From Octopus sinensis (taxonomy: Eukaryota), in assembly GCF_006345805.1 (NCBI RefSeq), contig NC_043015.1, forward strand, positions 34,100,001 through 34,164,000: DNA of 64,000 bases, written 5' to 3'. A program made the translations under genes and the position numbers. Within the stretch, counting starts at the first letter, position 1, and each line of letters begins with the position of its first letter. The notes under the pieces were generated by a model, which was given only the letters and a program-made list of their open reading frames with translations, did not search any database and was not told the DNA's origin. Shown here in pieces: positions 14,080 to 28,609 of the stretch.

Positions 14080-14690
14080 ATTTGAAAAAGATTTGACTGC
14101 TATTACTCACACTTTAAATGACCACATAGAGATTGCACCATTGTCTCATTGTATTTGATGAGATTGATCAGCTAATTAATGAAATTATCAATAAATTTCT
14201 TGCAAATGTGATTATACTGAGAAGCATAGACTCAGTGGCAGAAGAGAATCAGGTTGTTCTTTATCCCACCGAATTTTTGAATTCCGTAAGTAGAAGTGGG
14301 CTATCACTTCATATCAAAATCAAGACTGGAGCTCCTGTAATTCTTTGCCAAAACTTAGGTTGCAGAAATGGTAACTGCAATAGTTAGCACTGGATACATG
14401 GTTCTCAATGCTACTGTCAATTTACTGATCATCAGCAAACTTAATAGCTTTTTCAACCATCTAAAACTAATTTATGAGTCACTCTAGAAAGATTGCAATT
14501 TCCTATTAGGTTTGCTTTTGTTATGTTGCTAAATAAGAGTGAAGGATAAGTTTAAAGAGGTGGAAATCGTATTTGAGTTCAGTGTTGCTATCAGCAGTAA
14601 TTAATCCAACAAACTTGAGAATATTTGCTGACAAAAGAGAATTTAACCACACAGTTAGAAAGACATGTCATAATGATGAATTAGAACATT
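14080..14690 (+). mobile_element. Helitron PIF1-like helicase C-terminal remnant
   Basis: VLYPTEFLNSVSRSGLSLHIKIKTGAPVILCQNL matches YPxEFLNSLxxSGLPxHxLxLKxGxPxxLLRNL. Downstream ERLQFPIRFAFVMLLNKSEG matches RxQFPxxLAFAMTINKSQG. Confidence 0.9.
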
Positions 14691-15757
14691 GACTTGGAAC
14701 TTGCTTATGGAAAAGTCATCGAAATAAATGTAAATTTCATAGAATGTATACACAGAGTTTGTAGAATACAAAATATTCTTCTAATAAACACCAAAAGTTA
14801 AACTATTGAAAGATTATTTATTAAGTCTTCAATAATTCACACAATTAACAAATACCTAATATGTCATTGATTTTTCTAAGTTTTTATTTCTTTCAAAGAC
14901 TTTTTGCATTTAAACTGAATATATTTTATGGTAAAAGTAGCATCTTAAATGGATAAACAATTGAAATTTAATATTTTGCCTTTTTGCTGTTAGCAAAGAA
15001 ATGGGTATCAAACTAGTTATATATATTAATGCCGGAAATATAAATCTATAAGGTAACCTTTTAATGACTTGAAGAATTTAAAAACATTAGAATAAATATA
15101 TGATGTAATCAACAAAAATTTATTTCTTAATGGAAAATTCTGAATTCTTTTGGAAGGCTGCATGTTCCTCTGCTCCTGGAAAATAACCCCTCAACTAATT
15201 ACATAATTGCATTGGAAATCGGTAATATCCTCCAGGGATTGTATATTTTGTCGGTGGAAATGATCTATAAACAGTTATTTGTTTACACAGATAACTGCTT
15301 CTAAACAGTATTGTTTTGTGTTTACTTTAATGTGGCTGCCCTCTAAGTTATCTAGATAAACAAGTAACTGTTTATATAAGTGTCTGTTAAAACAGATCTG
15401 TGAATAATTGTTTATCTGTTTTACTATTTTGAAAGGTGTATGAACAGTTAGCTGTTTTACTATATTGAGATTAATTGGCACTACTATAATCCTAAACAGT
15501 TTAATATCAGATTTAGCTTAGCTAATGTCTACTGACTGTAGATGTATTTGTGTGTATGTAAATATGTTGTGTGTGTGTATGCATGTGCAATGTATGCGTG
15601 AACATATAAGTTCTTGTGTGTAAGAATGTGTGCATTTGTGTATACGTATGCACTCACAAAAATTCTTCTCCACATAAAACCATAAATGCTATTGAGATAT
15701 TTGCAACAAGTTTTGCATTTGATTCAATTGAAAAGAATTCAACAAAATCTTTGAAAA

Positions 15758-15796
<39 letters not shown>

Positions 15797-17667
15797 TATT
15801 CAGATAACAAAACAAGAAAGGACTTTTGCCTACTTATGGAACGTCACAAAATCCTTGTTGTCTCCTTGCAGCCACTTTTGAGAAAGACCGATTGGCAAAC
15901 TACTAAAACGAACCAATCAATTGATATTTGAGAAATACCAAGAGATTTCAGATTCTTCAGAGAAATTTCTATTTGAATTCTTTCAAAGTTCAGCAAATTG
16001 TTAATAGGCTTAAAATGCTTTTGTCCTGCTTCCAACTGCTATTACATTCAATTTACTTCTTCTCTTTTGTTGCCATTATTTGATATCATCTTGGGAACTT
16101 TCTAGCATCCACTTACTCATCCTTTTGAGAGTTTAAAGTCAGGAATTTGTATGACATCGGCAGCGATTGCGATTATCTAATAACAGACTCAATTGTTTCT
16201 TTCTCTGCCAGGAAGGCAAAACAATATAATGGCATGACTTCTGATATTACTGGTAACATCTGTGTTGTGAAGAAGCACTCTTAGCTATACTGCATACAGC
16301 TGAAAAGGAGCAGTAATAACGGCTGAATCTGGGAAAGAATAAGATGAAAGAAAGAGACAGTGGTCTATAAATGGTGGTAATGTTATTGATATAGAATTAT
16401 TAATGGCAGCACAATTCAATCTCAACAAATCTTGTTGAAGGAGTGCATGACAACATGTGCATCTTCTTCCTGAAAACATGTCTTGAAATGTGAATGTTCC
16501 AACATTAATATATCCAGAACATAATAGATGTCATTATAGAACTCCTTACAAAGGAGACAAGCACAGTTTGAACACGCAAAAGCACACTTTTTGCTTCATC
16601 ATTTTCATGTCGAAATAAATATTTTCCAAGGAAAATTATTTATCATTTGAAAGTTGTGGATGTGAACTTTCATCTCATACAGTTATAATTCATTCGACAA
16701 TTACATTATATCAGAAGAATCACTCAAACACTGATATTTCCACGCAGTTACAAAGTTTGACCCTCCTTTTTCTTTTTCTACTGTTGAACGTAGCCCTCAT
16801 TCTAGTTCCATGCGCTCGAGCGGCATAACTCAAGTTGTAATAGAAGTCATTCTGTGAGGATGAAGAAAGCTTTATTTTGCTTTATTTCGATATAAAATTC
16901 GATGTAGGTATGTCAGATAATCGTTACGAAATACAAGAGTTGACATTGTTAATTTTCATTTAGAAAAGGGCATATTTTCTTGAAGATTTTTACATCATAA
17001 GGAAAAATAAAATTCTCACGAATTCAATTTGGCCATTGCTAAATCTGGCCACTGTATGGCGAAAAAGGGCAGCTAAACTGACACTCAGTGTGAACCCCAT
17101 TAAAAGAAATAGTACAACAGAAAAAATAGTTATTGGACTAGTAAAGGAAAATTAATGGTAAATTCACCAGAAGTAGGAATAAAGGGAATAAAGGTTGTAT
17201 GTGCATATGTGGAAGAGAGAGGGAGAAAGAGAGAGAGATAGGAGGGGGAAAGAAACCTTAGAATAGGATCCAACAGCACTGTAAGCTCTGCTCCCATTTT
17301 ATCACAATAGATATGTATATTGAATGTTGTCATTAAATATTGAATATTATAATTAAGTCTAATAAAAGATCAATAATAATACTATGAGAAATGGCTTCTT
17401 TGGTGTGAAAAACAGCTATTTTAACTTTCTACAGTGTCCTTTCGAAACACAACCAAATTGCTAAATATGTAAACCTAATATGGTCACAACACTTGCAAGG
17501 AATAGCAGCCAAAATTGCCTTCAAGCCATCTTTAGAAAAAGACGGAAGCATTTGTTGTACTAAATGTATTGTTTGGTAAGACAGATGGCTATGGTTGGAT
17601 AGTTTTCGTTTTTGGTCTGCTGGATCAGAGCAGACCTTGGACTAACTAATAACATTGATTTGGCCAT

Positions 17668-17729
<62 letters not shown>

Positions 17730-18813
17730 TGTTGTTGTTGTTGTTGTTTATTTACCTGATTGGCCATGATATAACAGACATATGATCAATGATGCAACAA
17801 ATAGATTAGAGGAAAACAGCACATTAACGGGCAGTGAGTTTCAAAGGGTGACAGACATCTCTGGAGAGGAGGACTGTATTGAGAACAGATAAAGTATGAG
17901 TGAAGAAAAGAAGAGAGGCAAGTAGGCCATATGGGTTTAGATTGTGTTTACCAAACAAAAGACATTAATTTTATCAAAATTATCGTCTCACCAAAATAAA
18001 TCATGCTTTATAACATTTCCTTTTATGAAGTACAATTCAATGATATTTTTCTAATAAACTGGCAGAATTCAATGGCTTCAGAATATTTTCCATAAATGAA
18101 GAGGTGAGAAAAAAGAAAACGAAAGAGTGAGAGAGAGAGAGAGTAAGTGAGGAGGAGAGAGGAGAAGAGATTAAAGAAAACAAGAGGAAACAAGTGTAGT
18201 GCACACAGTGTCTATTTCTACACAGTCCTGTTCCAGATGTAATCGATGAAACGTTAAGAATATCTCTGTAGAAAATTTGACAAACAGTTATTGGATAATT
18301 TCTCAACAGAGCTTATTGGGATTGTTAAATGTTGCGTGTTGGAGTTTTGAAAATGTTCAAAATAATTTTGTAATTGAAATTTTAGTTTATTTATTCGTTT
18401 CAATGTTATTATTTTTTATAATGCTTTTTATACCCCGAAAAAATATGTTCAAATTATTTTATAATATTTATATCTTCATGTAGGTTTTATTGTTGTAGTT
18501 GATTTTGTTTTTGTTAGAGTTGTTGTTGTTGGTGGTGTTGAAGCTGGTGGTGATGTAGTTGTTGCAGCCGTTGCAAGATAATTAAGTATTTATTCTCGTT
18601 ACTATTTTGGAAACTATGAATAATAATAAAAAAAGTTAAAAACAACAATAACAAAAATTTAAGTGAGGAAGAAGAAAATTAATTTTGTATCTAACGCAAA
18701 ATAATTTGCTTCCAGGAGACTAGAATGGGAAGCAGTAGATTAGTTTAGAGTTCCATGAACCTGATTATGGAAGAGTTGACAATCATAAAGGACAGAAACG
18801 GTTTAATGCCAGT

Positions 18814-18855
<42 letters not shown>

Positions 18856-18896
18856 TATATATATATATATGTATATATATATATGTTATATATATA

Positions 18897-19056
<160 letters not shown>

Positions 19057-19089
19057 CTGGCAATATTTGCTTTTAACTGTAAGATAAGC

Positions 19090-20260
19090 CCAGCTGATGT
19101 GAATAAACTCCTTCTTTGTCCCTAAACAACTGTTATGTTTGCACTTGGTAGAAGTCTTAATGGTAATTAAATATTCCTAATATTGATATTTGCATCATGT
19201 CACATTAGATACCTTGATGACGTTTTCGGGTAGATGTTGATTACACATGATGTCTTCCACAGTAATTAGGACATTATTGACATTTTTGATTGCATCTTGG
19301 GACTCCGGTGGTTTCACTGTCTCCTTTGCTCATTAAGTATTTTGTAATGGTTTCCTTCTCTTGGATTACAAACACATAACCTTCGAAATTTGATGTGATG
19401 ACACAGCAGTTGTCAGTTCAAGAAAAGCTGTACTTCATATGGATATTAATGTCATCTTGAAGTCTTCAGGGAACATACCCAAGCATAATCTTTATTTATT
19501 TATTTGGTAAGCTGAGCATTTCACATACAGGTCTTTTTTGAGGCATGTCAGGCCACTTGTTGTGAGGTTGTATAGGGAAGTTGTCTGGGAGTGAGTGCTG
19601 CCTGAAGAGTTTACTACTGGTTTGTAGGATGTTCCCTTTTCAGCACTGGGTTTATCTATTTAATTTTGCTTTTGTTTGAAAGCTGCTAAATGCCATTTGA
19701 AGGCTGTCTGCACTGATCGCAAGCCTCTACCCCCGTTGTCTTTACCTAAGGTAGAGCCTGTTGATATCTCTGTTTCTGCAGAAGTTTCTAGTTGATGTCA
19801 GGATACAGACTGGTAAAGAATCTGAAATGTTGCTACCAATTCCGGTACTGTAAATTCATTGTGGGATATTCTCTTGGAATAGGAGACTTCCGACTGCCAT
19901 AGTCTTCAAAGTCTAGTGTAATATTCATGGGTCATTCTATTTTTGTTCACAGCAGTTTTGCATTTCCCTCAATGCCAATATATTTGTAGCATTCTTTGAG
20001 TGGAACAGGAGAAATAGATAGACCATTGTTGCACAAGTTGTGGGTTTGTGGAAGATTGATTTTTCAAGCTCAACAATCAAACACGAACATTTCTTTATGC
20101 CGAGTGCCATTCCTTTGTCAGCTAAAAATGTTGATATTAACACCCACTGCTTTTAGCATTGTCAAGATTTTTAGCATAGATTTTCAAGCAATCTTCAAAG
20201 AAATTATGGGTTACAGAACCTGGCATGTAGCTACTAAATTTTTTTAAACAGAGCTGATAA
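19090..20260 (-). mobile_element. R4/Dong-clade non-LTR retrotransposon remnant (RT end, CCHC region, REL start)
   Basis: Frameshifted STFLADKGMALGIKKCSCLIVE, KECYKYIGIE, DINRLYLGKDNGGRGLRSVQTAF, EGYVFVIQE, IKTSTKCKHN. Confidence 0.85.
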
Positions 20261-21089
20261 TGGAATTTAATGCCAAAATAAAAGTACAGAAAGACTATCT
20301 CCTTGGAATATTCCTTTTGAAATATTTATAAATATTTATAACATCAGAGACCATTGTTCTCAGTAGTAGGAGTGAAGATCAGTGCCCAGGTCTTTGTGAG
20401 TCTCTCAATGACAGTGAATAACGGTAGCAGGCTCCTTCTAATTATGTAGTTTATCTGCAGCTAAAGTGAAAATTTCATGGTTGATTGTATAAGTTTTACT
20501 GTCGATGTTGGTATTCTTTCCTAACTGCATTTAGTCTCAATGTGTTTCTTTTTGTTCCAAAACTTAGACCCCAAAGATTCCTGATCTTTCTGAGAAGAAG
20601 CTTTCTTAATGACGATGTTTTTTTTCCTCATTTTTTCGTATAATACCTATGGATTTTTCTATGATAATGAAATTTAATACTCTAAGTTAATGCTTTAAAG
20701 TAATTAGTTTCCCCTCAAGAGCTTGGTGTGAAGATTCACCAGAGAGTTTTGTTATTTTTGCATAAGATATAATTGCTAAGATGTGGACTAATTTTTCTCT
20801 TTACATTTTATTATCGCAGTCATCCATACAATAAAGTGGCACGGATTGCCGTTTCCTCAGGTTTTGTTCTCCATCCGGATTGCTTCTATTCCAAGATGTT
20901 CTGTAAGAGCATCTGTCGACAGATAAGCATTAATTATCCAGTTAACATTAGGGTTCCATGTGCTTATCTGGAACATCATCGATCACATGAAAAGAGTTGA
21001 CTTTTGTCTAAATCTCGTTAGGAATAGATTGTTACACAGCCGAAGCTAAGGAAAACGTAGTTTCAAAATGCTATTATGTTGAATATATT

Positions 21090-21153
<64 letters not shown>

Positions 21154-21821
21154 GCACATACGCATCTGTGTATGTATATGCTTGCGTGTGTATATATATG
21201 TACATATATTTGCATATGTGTATGTATGTGAGTGCGCGTACATATCAGTATATGCGTACGTGTATACACACACACATATGTATGTATGGGCGTATTTGTG
21301 TGTATGTGTCCGAGCGTTAGTATGTATATGGATATATATGTGAACGACCATGTATGTATACGTATGGGCCGATTCTTAAAGGTCAACTAAGGACAATCGC
21401 AAGTGTAACCAGCCATGAAGAACAAATCAACAGTACAAAGAAACCAAATGCCAATCCCTTTAAAACGACAACCATTTTAACAGTAGCAGAATCATCATCT
21501 CACTACATCTATACATTCAAAGCAGTTTGCCAACAACACACCTTGATAAAATCAGTGGCTACTACTGAAATAACTAACTTCAGGCCACGACAGACAGAGA
21601 GGATTCTCTTGAAGCCGAACATTTGAGCTTACGGAGATAATATTTACAAGTCGCCTGAGGAAACACAATTCGATCTCATAATGCAGGAGAACGGTTGCAT
21701 AACCAAGTAGCTGCACGCCTGGAGATCGACGTTGCGTTGAGGCAATTGTAGCGATTGAAAATAAATGTCCATCCGTACTCCTTGCTGACTCCAAATTTTT
21801 TCAATCATATATATATATATA

Positions 21822-21922
21822 TAAGCCCAATGAGACACTTGCCCAAGATGCTGGACAGTGAAACTCATCGCAAGACCACATGTGTGGAAAGCGAACTTCT
21901 CATCCACTCAGCCACGCCTGCC
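21822..21922 (-). mobile_element. SINE head fragment
   Basis: gacacttgcccaagatgctggacagtg...gaacttctcatccactcagccacgcctgcc, homologous to the 4226 and 6209 heads. Confidence 0.7.
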
Positions 21923-23036
21923 CTCTATATATGACCTCCATATAAAACCGTGAACGCTATAATTTTATTCCCCTTTATTTAGGACCCAAGACTTTTTACT
22001 AATGTGAGAAAACATTCTTCAGATCAAATCTGTGTAATTTTATTCATATTTCACTGCATGTTCAATTAATTCAATGCAAATTAAACTATAACTTTAGCAG
22101 GAGATGTTTCCAGTTGAATCTATTTAAAGACTCGTGTGCTTTTACAAGTTCTAGACGAGTTTATTGGTGAGATTTGTCACGCCTGATATCGTGTCATAGA
22201 TTTAAGTTAAATAGCGAACAACTCCTTGTGTTGTTCATTCAAATTTACTCCTGAACTTTTATGCCAAACAGCAGGCTGTTCTTTAAAAATATTTTTTCTT
22301 TCGTTAAAGTATTGATTTCGAAAATCAATACCGAAGTTGATGAGTGGACATGTAGCGTTTGTTACTTGTGATAGGAATGACTTCTTGTTCGTCTCGAGCT
22401 GACAACGAAAGTCTTTTCATATCTGCGAGATTAACCATAAAGACCTGTAAACAATTTCCGATAAAATAACGTTTCACCATTTCTACTGAAATATTTTTAT
22501 GACTTCCTTTTTTTTCTGTCTTTGCAATAAAAACAGATTTTTAATGCTCGCATCATTTTTTTGTTCTTTTTTTTTGGGTTTTTTTTTGTTTCCTTTTAAC
22601 TTCTCGGTTTTGTTTTCGAATTTTCGCTCCCTTTGAAAGCATTTTCATTGCTGTATCGTTATTTTTGATGAGAAGAAAGATTTGAAGATAGGTGTTTCTA
22701 AAATGGTAACCAACGTGATTTTTAGTCATGTTTCAAAGGAAACTTGGAAATTGTTCGTTCTTTCATCCGGGGAATAGCTTTCACGTTTACTGGCTGTCTT
22801 TCATTCGCGCTCTACTTTAAGAATTTCAATTTTCAACTTAGCAAGAGTTATCTTATTTTGTTAGTTTTCTTTGAAAAGATATCCGTTATTTTTTTAATAG
22901 TTTTCTAATATTCTTCTACCTCGAAGATTTAATGAACTCCGCAGCGTTTATCAGCGAACCTTAGCCTCTTCATTTATTCATCTTAGGATTTACCACAAGG
23001 CAATATATCACTTACTCGTCGCTGCTGCTGCTGCTG

Positions 23037-23067
<31 letters not shown>

Positions 23068-23119
23068 CACTACCACCACCACTACTACACACATATGTAT
23101 GCATGCATACATACATATA

Positions 23120-23590
23120 TATCTCATTTCATCTTCATCGCTCACTTGTTCCTGGGCGGGTCGTAGGGGTAGGTTCCTCAAGCATGTTTTCCATCGGGTC
23201 CTATCAGAAGTAACTGTCTCCAATTGATCCGGCTGGATCCTAAAGCAAGACCAACCGAACTCATAGTTATTATCCAACCAACTTGTTCGCGGTCTACTCT
23301 GGATCTTCTGCCGTAAAACCTGTCCAGAGATTTTTTTTTCCCCCGAGACATTCTTATCCCATGTCAGTTGTATTGCAGTTGTGATCTTTCAATCTGGAAA
23401 AGCAGCGGTTTTACTTGGAGCACCTCTCTGATCTCAGCTGCGTACGCTACTCCAAAGACCCTTTGAAGAAAACCCATTCCTGCCGCCTGTATTTACGATC
23501 GTATTCTTTCACTCGTTAACAAAGATTCATGGCTGTAGGTTAGGCTAGGCATGAACACCGCATTGATGATTAACGAGTTTGTCTTTTGCA
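23120..23590 (-). mobile_element. RTE-clade (Rex3/Expander-like) LINE 3' fragment
   Basis: IINAVFMPSLTYSHESLLTSERIRS*IQAAGMGFLQRV...EIREVLQVKPLLFQIERSQLQ, then QLETVTSDRTRWKTCLRNLPLRP. Confidence 0.85.
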
Positions 23591-24277
23591 CTTACCTTCA
23601 TCTGATGACCAGATGCTGATACTGGTGCAATACTGTACCAGCTCCTGCAATTCTTCTGCATTTACCAACTCGAATATGTTTGAAGACACAAACACTGTAT
23701 TCTATACCAACCAGCCGATGCTGAATTTAGATTTGTGCTTCTTCCTTTTCTCTCACTTCCTCTCCCCCCCCTCTCTCTCTTTCTCTCACCCTTTCTGTCT
23801 CTCTCCATCCTTCGTTCTCTTGCTTTCTCGTTAACCACAAGATTTTTATGACCGATATATACTCGAGGCTATTAATATTGGACATCGTTTATCATCAATT
23901 TTTCATAAGCTACTAAAACTTTGGTGTAGATACGTTTTTCTCTTATTCAAACTGAAGAAATATGATATTGAGCATAATCTTCCACGTCTGTCGCAAACTG
24001 ACGAGGACAATACAAATTTTATTGTCGAATAAGAAGACTAGGTTGTTATGTCGTTACATCTGGAGAATATTCTGAAACCCTCAACTCATAGAGACAATAT
24101 GTTGCTAGCAAGAGGTGGTAGAAATGTGCAGCAGATTAAGAGAGAATGGAAGAGGTTTAGTCCGTATTTGGATATGAAGAGTTAGAAATATCAATGAGTG
24201 TGAGAGAGACGTAACAGTAACCTGAGACGCTTAAGTATAGACAGGTGTGTTGGGGTGAAAGACAGAGAGAGACAGAT

Positions 24278-24315
<38 letters not shown>

Positions 24316-25029
24316 GACAAAATGTGTCAAGCTTAAGTCGCTTCACACTGACTCCATTTTATTCCATTCGGGAGCTTGCACAGGGTTATTCGACCTGCTA
24401 GAGATAAGCTTTAACCCAGGTAACTCGGGTTTGGTTCCTGATCTTTATGTGGTAGGCGTAATACATTGCCCAGTCTCACACCTCCAACCAGCCTTTAAAG
24501 GAATATACCCTGTTGTAAACATTCGGGTCGGATTTGCTTTCCTCACGCCAGCCTTGGAGGACCAAGGATAGACTAAGGAGGCTGCCCTCTCCCCTCTAAG
24601 GGAAAGAAAAAGCAAAGAAAATGTGAAATCAACCTCAAGCCACGTCCAACAGTCTTTAAAATATTGTATAATGAAGTCAGAGTACACTATGCCAGAAGAA
24701 AGATGTGGAGGAGGAGGAGAAGAGGTGGTGGTGGAGGAAAACAAACTTTTTTCTTAAAATGTTGCTCCTGAGAAACAAAATACCATCTTAAAGAATTTGC
24801 TAGTTTTATTTACTTGTTTTATTTATTCATTGAAATTGCTTCTGTTTATAGATTTTTCTTTTGCGCTTCCGATAAATTTTCAATTTCTTTCAATGAATTT
24901 TTACATTACTAAACAATTCAATCCAATTTTTCATGGCAACCTTGAAGTTTAAAATTCTAATTCTTCTCATTTTCAATTCTTCTAACACACGAAACCCGTG
25001 ACATCTTGTTTTTCTCCTAGTTTCTCATT

Positions 25030-25343
25030 GATAATGATGATGATGATGATGATGATGATAATAATAATAATAATGACGATGATGATGATAATAGCAACAA
25101 CAACAACAACAATAATAATAATAATAATAATAATAAGTGGTAGTAGTAGTAGGAGGAGGAGGAGGAGGGGAGGAGGAAGAGGAAGAGGAAGAGGAAAATG
25201 AAGAAGAGGAAGAAGAAAAGAAATAGTAGTAGTAGGAGGATGAAGAGGAGGAGAAAAAGAAGAAAAAGAAGAATTAGTAGTAGAAGAAAATGTAGTAGTA
25301 GTAGTAGTAGTAGTAGAAGAAGAAGAAGAAGAAGAAGAAGAAG

Positions 25344-25374
<31 letters not shown>

Positions 25375-25395
25375 GCAACAACAACAGCAACAATA
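25030..25395. repeat. Compound trinucleotide array (GAT/AAT/CAA/GTA/GGA/GAA)
   Basis: Seen directly; explains ORFs 24998..25201, 25017..25637 and 25198..25413. Confidence 0.95.
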
Positions 25396-25828
25396 AGGAA
25401 TTTCTTGATATAATCACAAAGAGCAGATACAGAATGTTTTTTTGGCAATATCATCCCAAATTGGTTTTCTTTGTTTCTGCCTCTTTTGTTGTTGTTCTTG
25501 TAGCAGAAGGCACTTTCGCGTGATCTCCATTTTGCTTGCTTGAACATTTCTATTAGCAAAAGATGTGTGCAGCGTTCATGTGAGACGACTGATGTTCTAC
25601 GCAACGGTACCATTTCCACAGAAGTGCCTGTTACCATTTAGCAGGACTAAAACCACGTTGTTGTTCGTTTTGTGTTTTCTTTTGTAAAGAGAATCTAAAT
25701 TGAAGTGTGTTTGTGCGCCGAAAGGAGATGACTGCGCGTGCGTGATAGACACCTGTGTGTATGTGTGAGTATGTGTGTCTGTTTGTGTGTGCCTTTTGTA
25801 CGCGCGCGCCTGTGTACGTATGTATGTA

Positions 25829-25987
<159 letters not shown>

Positions 25988-26309
25988 TGTGCATATGTCT
26001 ATGTATATATTTTTATATGCACATACATACATTCATAGATATATACACATATATATATATATGCATATATACATATACTATGTATGTATGTATGTACAGT
26101 TTGATGCAGCAAACTCTTGGCCCTTGAGTCACATTACTAACTTTCTACCAATCAAAAATAATAAAATAATAAAATAAAACCTGTGCATGTGCACGCGCTT
26201 GTGAGAGTGCATGTATGTATGAACGTATGTATACATTCGTGTACATGCACACACACACACATGTATGTATATATGGATAACTTTTCGTGTGTTTGTGCGT
26301 GCGTTAGTG

Positions 26310-26900
26310 TATAATCTATAATAAAGTAGCTGTGGATTTCCAAGTAGTTCTCCGTAAATATTCCCGTTCTCACAGAATCCAAAGGAAATGCTCGCATCTG
26401 CGAGGCACCTGACCTCTATAATCGTACATAGAAGTGCATCAGACCAGTTGCGTTTAGCACTCAGGGAACGTTTTGATGCCAGTCTTCCACCAATGTTCTT
26501 TCTGTTGAAACATGTGTATATACTCAAAAAGACAAAAATACTTTCGATATTTCCTTCAGTTGACATTGCACATTCTTTTTCATCGACGACATTTTACAGC
26601 ATTAGAAAGTAGTAGCTTAATGACATTTTCCAGTTCAGATGTGTAATATCGTTCACAAGCTTGTGCCATAATCGACATTTCCTGACGCATGTTGAGAGCT
26701 GAAATCCTTTCCTGCCTCTTCTGTTTCTGTGATATGCTGTATCTATCTCCTGCTCTTGGATTACAAAAGCACAACCTTCAAAATGTGACACGAAGTGACC
26801 TGTACGAGTCCAAAGCTGTCTACACTTCATGCCAGTGTTAGTATCATCCACAAATTTACGTGAAACAAACCAGTACATCACAGTTTTTAGCTGTGCTCTT
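26310..26900 (-). mobile_element. R4/Dong-clade remnant (CCHC region plus REL endonuclease)
   Basis: WTRTGHFVSHFEGCAFVIQEQEIDT, KCRLWHKLVNDITH, and LCTIIEVRCLADASISFGFCENGNIYGELLGNPQLLY (matches VEVSCPADxNI...KENxYxELLRNLQLLY). Confidence 0.85.
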
Positions 26901-28094
26901 GAAACTTAATAACTGTGGAGAAAGAAAAAAATAACAGCCAGAGTAACCTTAAATCCAACCCCATCGTCTTGAAAGAGATAAGACTGCATTAGAAAATATA
27001 TTAAGTGTCAGGAAACTGGATGGAACGCTTAGGGCTACTCAGCCAAGGCTGCCCTGACACTAAGCAACATTAATCATACACTCGAGGACAATGGCAGATC
27101 TGTTAGGATATAGGACAAAATGTCTCTCGGTCTTTGTTTTGACTATTGTTTTGACTATTTCTAAATTCTCAACGGCGACAGAGATCTGGGTTAATGGTGT
27201 TTCAGCATTTAGCTACTCTTCTTTACTTCTTGAATTCCCTCTTATTTTTGTCCCTTTGTGGATCGATAAGTAGATATAACAGTCATGTCTGTGATGGCAC
27301 ATGTCATGCAAAGGCTGTCGGAAGCTGACCGTAAGCCCCCTCCTCACTTTTCCTCTTAAATATAACCCAGCACTATCATTACCAATTGACAGATAAGTGA
27401 TTTTTTTTATTGATCAATAAATAGAAGAAATTTACTTCCGAGATAATTTGAATTTACTGCGAAATTCTTCAAAGACCACGCGTGAGAGATAATATAGTTC
27501 TTTAAAAAATTGTTGGTGCATATAAAAATATAAATTCTGTGTAATATATGTTAAAATGATTTTCACATTTGTATGATATTGACCTTGAGTGTATGTGTTT
27601 GTGGGGGTAGGGATGAGAGAGAGAGAGAGAGAAAGACAAAAAGGAGAGCAAGAGATGTTTGCGTGAGTTTATTAGATTCAATTAATTTTTGTTGCAAAAT
27701 TAGACATAAAACTTGTTTACATTGATTTGATTTAATAAACTACACTCGTCAGTAAAAGTGGTTTTCTTTTATTTTCACGATTTTATAACATTAGGTGTTA
27801 TAATTTTAGGTTCATTGATTTAAAAATGACTATAACCTGAACTAACCGTGTAAAAGTTACCGATTTCAAAATAACAACGGTAATAATGTTGTTTAGTAGA
27901 CACATTTATGTGTGAAATATGTGAATATGTCACTTGAACAGATCTCATTCCAACAAGACAACGATTCCAAATAATTCAACACCAGCTCTCCAAACATGGC
28001 CACAAAAATGGTTATGAAAATTTATAAATTTAGTTAACCTAAAAATATCTTTAGTCTCACCTCATAAAAACTCCATTCTTTTTATTTACTTGAT

Positions 28095-28497
28095 ATGTAT
28101 GTATATATGTGTGTGTGTGCGTGTGTATGTATGTATGTTTGTGTGTATGTGTGTATGTATGTATGTATGTATGTATGTATGTATGTATGTATGTATGTAT
28201 GTATGTATGTGTGTGTGTATGTATGTATGTGTGTATGTATATATGTATGTATGTAAGTATGTATGCTTGTGTGTGTATGCGTGTATGTATGTTTGTGTGT
28301 GTGTATATATATGTACGTACGTACGTATGTATACATGCATGCATATGTGTATGTATGTATTTATGTATGTATGCATGTGTGTATGTATGTGTGTATGTAC
28401 GTATGTACATACGTACGTACGTATGTATGCATTCATGTATAAATGTATGTAAGTATTCATGTATGCATGTGTGTATGCATGTATGTACGTACGTCTG

Positions 28498-28528
<31 letters not shown>

Positions 28529-28575
28529 TGTGTGTGTGTGTGTGTGTACGTATGTGTGTGTGTGTGTGTGTGTAA
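28095..28575. repeat. (TATG)n/(TG)n compound microsatellite
   Basis: Seen directly. Confidence 0.95.
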
Positions 28576-28609
28576 GCTTGGTTCGTTTTATTTTTCGAAT
28601 TTCTCCCCA

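Noticed and set aside
25017-25637. 206-aa poly-Leu/Val ORF
   Set aside because: Translation of a compound trinucleotide microsatellite.
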